The position numbers and the translations under genes were made by a program. A stretch of 32,605 nt of DNA from positions 1-32,605 of the IMG/VR virus record IMGVR_UViG_3300012940_000067. One strand, 5' to 3'. This stretch comes from a virus. Its lineage: Duplodnaviria; Caudoviricetes. Position 1 is the stretch's first letter. Each line of letters starts with the position of its first letter. Under the pieces are notes generated by a model, which was not told where the DNA came from, did no database searches, and saw only the letters and a list, made by a program, of their open reading frames with translations. Below, piece after piece: positions 26,733 through 32,605 of this stretch.

Positions 26733-27091
26733 ATCGAAATAGTTTTTATCTTCTTAATCCGCGTAACCGCTATTTCCGTTGACTTCACCTTAATAGGCTT
26801 TATTTGCGGGTAGAACTCCGCAGGAGAGCAGTTAAAAAGGCAAGCCAGTAACCAAAGGTGTTCCGGTTTAGGGAAGTGATCACCTGATTCATATCGGCGA
26901 TAGCGGTATCTATCCATCCCAAGTAATTCAGAAACCTGCACTTGCGTTAAACCGGCCTCTGCGCGTTTATTACGTATAAATGCGCCTACGTTTATCGCGA
27001 ACGAACGTTGTTCAATGGCGCACATCGGGCAATCGTTTTTCCTGTGATTTGGGTGCTTTTCACAGGAGTTTGTGACGGGTCTTAACTCCAT
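26729..27091 (-). CDS. XRE-family HTH regulator with an N-terminal CxxH...CxxC motif
   Basis: IRNKR..AGLTQ.QVSELLGM......RYESG...P; N-terminal CEKH and CPMC. Confidence 0.85.
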   Translation of the reverse strand: MELRPVTNSCEKHPNHRKNDCPMCAIEQRSFAINVGAFIRNKRAEAGLTQVQVSELLGMDRYRYRRYESGDHFPKPEHLWLLACLFNCSPAEFYPQIKPIKVKSTEIAVTRIKKIKTISI

Positions 27092-27516
27092 AACTCATGT
27101 TTTTTACATAATTCAATTACCTTTTTACATTGTTCCGCATTCATCATGCCTATATGGGTGTACTTAACGTCAAGCCCCATTTGTTCAGATAGCCACTTAT
27201 ACGTTTGGTTACGGGCAGCGTATTGAGGCGCGCCGGCTTTTACCTGTGCTTTCCAAACTGGATCTAATGCGTCATGCGCCATACGTTTATACAACCGTAA
27301 CTCGGCGTTTGCCAGGCGGCCTAATGCCCTGGTTGTACCTTTATGCACCCCTACCCAGGCATCACAGCTAAAACATATATAGACCTTTCCATAACTGCGA
27401 GTTTTGTATACGCGGATACTGTCTATTAGCTTTGTAGATGCACCGCAATATGGACATAGGTTTCCTGACATGATCGCGTCACGGTTGCTATCTGTTATTT
27501 GGATCTCTGCCGCCAT
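27082..27516 (-). CDS. DUF3268-like zinc-finger protein
   Basis: CPYCG...YIC..CDAWVGVHKGT..ALGRLANAELR...AH..LDPVW...HIG. Confidence 0.8.
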   Translation of the reverse strand: MAAEIQITDSNRDAIMSGNLCPYCGASTKLIDSIRVYKTRSYGKVYICFSCDAWVGVHKGTTRALGRLANAELRLYKRMAHDALDPVWKAQVKAGAPQYAARNQTYKWLSEQMGLDVKYTHIGMMNAEQCKKVIELCKKHELWS

Positions 27517-27518
27517 GA

Positions 27519-27884
27519 TTAAACGTTAATGCCGTATTCTTTGAGCCGGTTTAATATCCGCATGCGCTCTGATTCTTTCGTGCATATAAGGACACCAAGC
27601 ACCTGAAGAGCTGACACTTCGTCAATGTGCATAGAGAAAGCCTCTTTCTTAGGTTTTCTTGATTCGTTGATGAACTGAAATCCAGAAAAAATATTATAGG
27701 TGGCTTCCCACGTATCTTGTGTAGGTTCCGGCAAATGAGCTTGTTCGTTTATTGCAAAATCCATGTTAAGCATGACCGATACACTTTTATCCTTGATTTT
27801 CTTTGCGAAATCGTTAATACGTGATATTTCCTTAGATAGCTTGTCTAAGCGTTTTAATTGTGTGGTTAATTCGTTAAGTTTCAT
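27519..27884 (-). CDS. Hypothetical protein
   Basis: 121-aa ORF packed between its neighbours with 2-nt gaps. Confidence 0.7.
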   Translation of the reverse strand: MKLNELTTQLKRLDKLSKEISRINDFAKKIKDKSVSVMLNMDFAINEQAHLPEPTQDTWEATYNIFSGFQFINESRKPKKEAFSMHIDEVSALQVLGVLICTKESERMRILNRLKEYGINV

Positions 27885-27886
27885 TT

Positions 27887-29842
27887 TTAGTCTTTTTTAT
27901 AGTAAAATGTTTCGTAGCTTTCAGCTTTCATCGGTAGACCTGGAGCCCATGTGACTGGCTGGCTCATAATACGGTCGACTTCTTCAATACTTCCAAAATC
28001 AATAGGAACTTCTAAAACGACTTCGTCATGCACATGCATGACGATACTGTAGCCAGCTTTATCTAGGCGCACCATCGCTTCAGCAAGCAAATCCCTCGCA
28101 ACAGCTTGTACGATATTTTCAACCAGTTTGCCGCCATATGTGTCAACTCGCGACCACTTACCCTTTTCAAGGCTCATATAGGAAAGGGAATCAGTGCCGA
28201 ATCTATTTTCACGAAGAATCGGTTCGTAATAGGAAAGACATCTGCCAGAAGGGAGCTGGATAAAGAATATATTACCCTGCATGAACATTGAAATTCCGTG
28301 TTTAAGTCGTATGCGTTGCCCTGTTCTTACAGCCTCGATCGCCGCGGCGTTTACATCATACCAAAACTGGACAATAGCAGGATTGGCGTTTCTCCACATC
28401 TTTACCAGCTTTGGCAATTCATCTTCTGTTAATCCCATCGCCAGTGCGCCCATTGTGATAAGGGCGTTTGGGCCGCCTTGGTATCCGAGCGCTAATTCAG
28501 CAACCTTACCTTTTTGTCTTAGATCTGATCCCTTAGTAATGCTTTCAATAGGCACTTTAAACATCTGAGCTGCTGATGCTTCATAAATCTTACCGTGTGT
28601 ATTGAAAACATCCAACCGCCATTTTTCGCCTGCCAGCCACGCTATTACGCGTGCCTCAATAGCGGAGAAATCGGACGGAATTAGACGGTGACCAGGTTTT
28701 GCGATAAAAGCTGTACGTATTAACTGGGACAGGGTATCAGGTACATTTCCGAAAAGTATTTCCATCCAATCGAGATCACCGGCCAATACAGTGTTTCGCG
28801 CAAGGTCTAAATCTGCCATTTCGTTTCGGGGAAGGTTTTGAACCTGCACCAGTCTTCCGGCCCAACGCCCTGTACGGTTAGCGCCATAATATTGCAGTAG
28901 TCCACGAACTCGGCGATCGATACAGATAGCCTCTTTCATGGCCATATATTTCGACACGGATGTTTTACCCATTTCTTGCCTGATCTCAAGGATCCTTTTC
29001 ACAGCGTGGGAATCAGATAACACGTCAGCGGATTCCAGGAGGCCAGGAATGGTTTTCTTTGTTAGGCTTGTTACCTCTTCTCCAGTCGCTTCTGTTAGCC
29101 AGCGTTTAAGCTGTGCGCCACTATTGGGATTTTTTAACGCGGTTATCTCAATCGCTTCGCTGGTCAGCTTTTCTTTGTACTCAGCATCAAACAGAATAGC
29201 GTTTTTAACCAGGCTGTAATCAATCATTACTCCGCGGTCGTTGATTCGCTGATCTAAGTTCCAAACCTCTTTTTCGAGTGATGGTGAAGGGAACGCAGTT
29301 ATCTTTGCCCTGATTGCCTGTTCTACGTCTACGTCTTTTCTGTTGTACTGCTTGAAGGCTTCCCACTTCACTGGATCATGTTCAGGGAGATTTTTTGAGC
29401 GGCTTCCGTTTACTTTGGACGGCTTACAGGGCACACAGAAATAGCGAATGAGAGACTTGCCCACAGCGTCTTTTTCAATAGGTAGCCCAAGAGCCTTACT
29501 AGCTGCATCGAGCGATAAGGGGAGGCCTAATTGCGCAACACGCGCCATAGTGCATTCCCATTGCTCAGGTGGCAGATGTAGGTTGAAGTATTCAGCAAGA
29601 CAGGTTCTTTCAAAAGCGGCGTTAAACGCGGTTTTTAAAACAGTCGGATCAGTCAAGGCGTTAAATATCGTATCCGGTATCTTTTCGCCAGACGCTAGGT
29701 CAACTGCAACAGCAGGCGCACCATCAACAGAATACGAAAAAAGTAATATTTCAAAATCCAACGCCTCCACATAACGGTATACGCCGCAATCTGTAAGATT
29801 TTCAGAGCTATATGTTTCTATATCAATTCCCAGTTCCCGCAT
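27887..29842 (-). CDS. Phage family A DNA polymerase (SPO2/APSE-like) with 3'-5' exonuclease
   Basis: Exonuclease motifs DIETYS, FNAAFE and YNRKDV; motif A DFSAIEAR, motif B RQKGKVAELALGY and motif C HVHDE. Confidence 0.95.
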   Translation of the reverse strand: MRELGIDIETYSSENLTDCGVYRYVEALDFEILLFSYSVDGAPAVAVDLASGEKIPDTIFNALTDPTVLKTAFNAAFERTCLAEYFNLHLPPEQWECTMARVAQLGLPLSLDAASKALGLPIEKDAVGKSLIRYFCVPCKPSKVNGSRSKNLPEHDPVKWEAFKQYNRKDVDVEQAIRAKITAFPSPSLEKEVWNLDQRINDRGVMIDYSLVKNAILFDAEYKEKLTSEAIEITALKNPNSGAQLKRWLTEATGEEVTSLTKKTIPGLLESADVLSDSHAVKRILEIRQEMGKTSVSKYMAMKEAICIDRRVRGLLQYYGANRTGRWAGRLVQVQNLPRNEMADLDLARNTVLAGDLDWMEILFGNVPDTLSQLIRTAFIAKPGHRLIPSDFSAIEARVIAWLAGEKWRLDVFNTHGKIYEASAAQMFKVPIESITKGSDLRQKGKVAELALGYQGGPNALITMGALAMGLTEDELPKLVKMWRNANPAIVQFWYDVNAAAIEAVRTGQRIRLKHGISMFMQGNIFFIQLPSGRCLSYYEPILRENRFGTDSLSYMSLEKGKWSRVDTYGGKLVENIVQAVARDLLAEAMVRLDKAGYSIVMHVHDEVVLEVPIDFGSIEEVDRIMSQPVTWAPGLPMKAESYETFYYKKD

Positions 29843-29844
29843 GA

Positions 29845-30039
29845 TTACCTACGTGTTGCTGCATTGGCTTCTTTTATCAGCGCCTGCATGTTATCAATTA
29901 TGTATCTTTTTACACCAGCGTGATCACACCCGTTGTTATATAACCATAATAGATACACTGCTGGCACATTGGCCATCGTTTTGTTTTTATATTTGCCGAA
30001 CGGCATTAACGATGAATCGGTGAGCGCATATGTGTGCAT
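29845..30039 (-). CDS. DUF3820/ExoX C-terminal-like small protein
   Basis: MPFGKYK.K....VP..YLLWL signature. Confidence 0.8.
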   Translation of the reverse strand: MHTYALTDSSLMPFGKYKNKTMANVPAVYLLWLYNNGCDHAGVKRYIIDNMQALIKEANAATRR

Positions 30040-30066
30040 AAGGTTATCTTTTGTTTAGAGAAAGGA

Positions 30067-30082
30067 GAGGGCCGAAGCCCTC
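30067..30082 (-). terminator. GC stem-loop with a cUUCGg tetraloop after the SSB gene (weak terminator or stabilising hairpin)
   Basis: The minus strand reads GAGGGC-TTCG-GCCCTC followed by TCCTTTCTCT, 3 nt after the SSB stop. Confidence 0.65.
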
Positions 30083-30085
30083 AGT

Positions 30086-30658
30086 TTAGTTAAACATATC
30101 ATCCTCATCAAAGGCGACTTCGATGTCGGCAAAGTCGTTTTCGGCAGTGTTACGACTACCTAAAGGTTCACCGTCCTTCACCTTCCAGATGTTATTAAGG
30201 CCTGCCGCAATTCCCTTATTGCCATTCACGTTGAAAGGGTAAAAGTTTAAGCTGACATAAGCGTAGCAGCCAGAATAAACTTCATCTTGTTTTGTGACTG
30301 GAATGCGCGCAGGTCCTGCGACAATGCCAGGTTGATTTTTGGCGGTTGCATTGATGAACATTGCATTCTGGTAGGCTTCATCGTCTGGTCGGTCTACGTC
30401 TCCATCGCGAAGCGCTATTTTAAACGCAGATCCGGTAGGTATTTTACCAGCAAATTTTGATACTTTGCCTTGTTCCTTTGCCGCATTGATTGCCGCTTCA
30501 CAAGCAGCAATGATCTTTTTATCAGACTTAGGAATGATAAGTGAGGCGGAGTATTTTTTCTCCTGCCCTTCCTCTGTTGCAGTAGGTTCCCAGATATGCA
30601 AATAGCTGAGACGTACGGGGCCTATCACCACTTTCGTGGCTTGCTGTGGATTACTCAT
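30086..30658 (-). CDS. DUF2815 single-stranded DNA-binding protein (T7 gp2.5-like)
   Basis: VRLSY, KYS..LIIPK, LRDGD, VYSGCY, GNKGIAAGLNN and DGEPLG motifs; acidic/aromatic tail FDEDDMFN. Confidence 0.9.
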   Translation of the reverse strand: MSNPQQATKVVIGPVRLSYLHIWEPTATEEGQEKKYSASLIIPKSDKKIIAACEAAINAAKEQGKVSKFAGKIPTGSAFKIALRDGDVDRPDDEAYQNAMFINATAKNQPGIVAGPARIPVTKQDEVYSGCYAYVSLNFYPFNVNGNKGIAAGLNNIWKVKDGEPLGSRNTAENDFADIEVAFDEDDMFN

Positions 30659-30678
30659 ATTTGTATGTTTTTAGATTA

Positions 30679-31851
30679 TTACGAAATTTCGATGCCTGCG
30701 AAATCTGCGGCAGCAGATTCAGCACTGCTTAACGCGGGTCTTTTGTCTGATTCTGGCACCAGTGTGGGAGCTCCCGCGGGTTTAACGATGAATTGGTTTA
30801 ACAGTTCCGCAAATGTTTTCTTACCGATCTTTGTTTCCAAGTCTGTAAGGCCTAATAGCGTTTTCGGTTTTAAGAACAAGTCCTGACTATAGCCGTTTTC
30901 AGTAAGTGCTTCTATGATCTTTTCTTCATCAGCGTATTTGCGGTTACTGCGACCTTCTACGAGTTTGAAACCTGGCCATTTTGCGCCTGAATGTACAGCG
31001 GCGTAAAGTGCATGATCCTCTACGGCTTTTAACCATTTTTCAATTACATCTGCCTTCTTAAGTATATCAGACACTTCTTCAGGTGTGAGAAATTGAGCTG
31101 GTTTGTAGTCGTATTTTTCGATCTGCATGTTCTGGTTGGCAAGAGCTTTACAGATACCTTTAGCCCGACAAAAGGTGCAGTGTTTACCCGGCACTTGTTC
31201 ACCCTCACCGGCGAAAGCGAGTTTAGCACGAGGAATAAGCACCGTATCTCCCCAGGCCTTTAATTCATTAACTGATATACGCCAAGTGCTGAAGTTTTCC
31301 AGTCGAGGTTGATAGATTGTCATTTCAACTTCTCTGATATCAAATAGGTAGTCGAAATGAGCCAGGCCGCCGAGAGCGTAAAGCATCATTTGCCGGTTTT
31401 CGACCGCATCAACCAGGTGTCCTTTACCATACTTTAGATCAATAAAGCGCATTGTACCATCTGCGATAATGAACACATCCCCGGTTCCGAATCCTTCAGG
31501 TACATAGTCCGTCAAGTCAATGCGCTGTTCGATGAAGATCTGGGCATCTGACGTAACAGCCAACGCTTCTGAGTACTTTTCTACAACGAAGGTTGCGTAA
31601 TCGTCTGCGTGTTCCATCATCGCATTTGTGTAGAACCGGTCAGATTGGACATTTTCCAGTATGCGCACGCTGTCCAATCCGTTTATTATTTTCAGCTTTT
31701 GACGGATTAATAGCTCACCTAATGTATGCGCCAAGGTGCCCTCCTTTGCGGCGTCGCCAGCTCTATCAGGGAATTGCTGTTCCAGGCGCGCAGACGGTGT
31801 ACAATTAAGCCACCGTTCTGCGCTGCTGGGAGCTAAAGTTGCATGCGCCAT
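30679..31851 (-). CDS. DUF2800 PD-(D/E)xK (Cas4-like) nuclease
   Basis: HA.L.PSSA.RWLNC, EGT.AH, FGTGD, IDLKYGKG, QMMLYALG and HC.FC.AK..C motifs. Confidence 0.9.
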   Translation of the reverse strand: MAHATLAPSSAERWLNCTPSARLEQQFPDRAGDAAKEGTLAHTLGELLIRQKLKIINGLDSVRILENVQSDRFYTNAMMEHADDYATFVVEKYSEALAVTSDAQIFIEQRIDLTDYVPEGFGTGDVFIIADGTMRFIDLKYGKGHLVDAVENRQMMLYALGGLAHFDYLFDIREVEMTIYQPRLENFSTWRISVNELKAWGDTVLIPRAKLAFAGEGEQVPGKHCTFCRAKGICKALANQNMQIEKYDYKPAQFLTPEEVSDILKKADVIEKWLKAVEDHALYAAVHSGAKWPGFKLVEGRSNRKYADEEKIIEALTENGYSQDLFLKPKTLLGLTDLETKIGKKTFAELLNQFIVKPAGAPTLVPESDKRPALSSAESAAADFAGIEIS

Positions 31852-31852
31852 A

Positions 31853-32209
31853 TCACAATGAGTTTAGTCTTTCAAGCAGTGCAGGTCTGTCCGTCTCGGC
31901 CACAAGCGAAATAGATGTGGCTCCGAACTCGGCAAGCAGCGCTTTAACCTGGTCTTTCTTCGCTTTATGTGGCTCTGCGGCTAACCGCAACTGCTCCAAC
32001 GTAATTTTAGTTGCTGCTGCGTTTTCAACCGAAGGGGCAGCGGCGACTGGCGCAACTGATGCCGCTGGAGTGGCTGCCGGCTGTTTAGTGGCTTTCAGCG
32101 CGTCTACTTCTATTGTAGACGTTAAGGTTTTCGGCTTGCTAGACCCGATAATGCCTTGAAAAAGAGAAATAATCTCAGGGGCTAAGGTGTGAGTGACTGT
32201 AATATTCAT
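31853..32209 (-). CDS. Hypothetical protein of the type that precedes DUF2800 genes
   Basis: A/P-rich linker, then ITLEQLR...VKALL.EFGA.SIS helical domain. Confidence 0.7.
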   Translation of the reverse strand: MNITVTHTLAPEIISLFQGIIGSSKPKTLTSTIEVDALKATKQPAATPAASVAPVAAAPSVENAAATKITLEQLRLAAEPHKAKKDQVKALLAEFGATSISLVAETDRPALLERLNSL

Positions 32210-32220
32210 GATTTAGTAGT

Positions 32221-32605
32221 TTATGCGTTAACGTTAATTCCTGCCCAGGTTGCGACGATTTTAATATAGGTGCCGTACTCGGCTCTTTGGTCGGCGGAAT
32301 ATCCATGCTCACGCCCTATCCGCTCATAGTTTTCAAGCCAGTAGGCTATTGCGTGTTTTTGACAACCAATTTGCATAGTATCTTTCCACGCAATAACAGT
32401 GTGGGCGCTGCCTGTTATAAACAGCGTTTTTGTTATGACTTCCTTTTCAGATATTTCAGCTTTTTTGCCGATCCGGGCCTCGTTGCCGATCTGGGCCGCG
32501 TAGCCGATCCGGGCCTCGTTGCCGATCTGGGCCGCGTAGCCGATCCGGGCCTCGTTGCCGATCTGGGCCGCGTAGCCGATCCGGGCCTCGTTGCCGATCT
32601 GGGCC
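32221..32605 (-). CDS. Hexapeptide-repeat (left-handed beta-helix-like) protein, 5' end outside window; absent from the ORF track
   Basis: Manual translation: (AQIGNEARIGYA)n...KKAEISEKEVITKTLFITGSAHTVIAWKDTMQIGCQKHAIAYWLENYERIGREHGYSADQRAEYGTYIKIVATWAGINVNA*. Confidence 0.8.
   Translation of the reverse strand, partial: AQIGNEARIGYAAQIGNEARIGYAAQIGNEARIGYAAQIGNEARIGKKAEISEKEVITKTLFITGSAHTVIAWKDTMQIGCQKHAIAYWLENYERIGREHGYSADQRAEYGTYIKIVATWAGINVNA
32467..32605. repeat. Perfect 36-bp tandem repeat (two alternating 18-bp units), about 3.9 copies to the window edge
   Basis: GCCGATCCGGGCCTCGTT-GCCGATCTGGGCCGCGTA repeats without mismatch. Confidence 0.95.

Larger units (their letters stand above)
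1..32605 (-). mobile_element. Bacteroidota myovirus-type phage/prophage (internal segment; both ends lie outside the window)
   Basis: Continuous co-oriented replication, packaging, head and contractile-tail genes. There are seven TAATG and five ATGA stop/start overlaps and no host housekeeping genes. Confidence 0.95.

Noticed and set aside
229-32159. All plus-strand ORFs and nested alternative-frame minus ORFs in the track (e.g. 6326-6907, 6986-7549, 8209-8661, 23681-24127, 675-923, 10831-11142)
   Set aside because: They are shadows of well-supported minus-strand genes or of the origin repeats, with no recognisable motifs.
30679-32605. Cas4-like nuclease near 36-bp repeats as a mini CRISPR system
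   Set aside because: The repeats are contiguous with no unique spacers and are in-frame coding. DUF2800 is a standard member of this replication cassette.
1-32605. Diversity-generating retroelement, invertible fibre cassette, tRNA, lysis genes or integrase
   Set aside because: No reverse transcriptase, invertase, TR/VR pair, tRNA-like structure, lysin or integrase was recognised. They may lie outside the window.

Overview
The window is a 32.6-kb internal segment of a contractile-tailed (myovirus-type) phage or prophage, with every real gene on the minus strand. The host is almost certainly a Bacteroidota member: there is a TTTG-N21-TAnnTTTG promoter, a Q-rule signal peptide and Bacteroidota-type structural families. 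In transcription order (right to left) it carries a partial hexapeptide-repeat gene, then a SPO2/APSE-type replication module: DUF2800 nuclease, DUF2815 SSB, family A DNA polymerase (Leu762), small regulators, an internally deleted cytosine methyltransferase, a VirE primase-helicase with an iteron array, VRR-NUC and a SNF2 helicase. The late region follows: P22 gp3-like TerS, TerL, Mu-like adaptor, portal, gpF and gpG, baseplate wedge, short fibre, an RHH protein, Clp protease, capsid, sheath, tube, frameshifted chaperone, tape measure, hub, spike and LysM. The main finding is a >875-aa ORF missing from the supplied track. It is built from tail-fibre motifs, yet it starts with a Sec signal peptide and has a cluster of Bacteroidota O-glycosylation sequons, suggesting an exported, host-glycosylated fibre. 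Other observations are a shared NSY C-terminus on three late proteins and CBM5/12-like modules inserted into neck and baseplate proteins. No integrase, lysis genes, tRNA or CRISPR array are visible. All family calls come from motif recognition by eye, not database searches.
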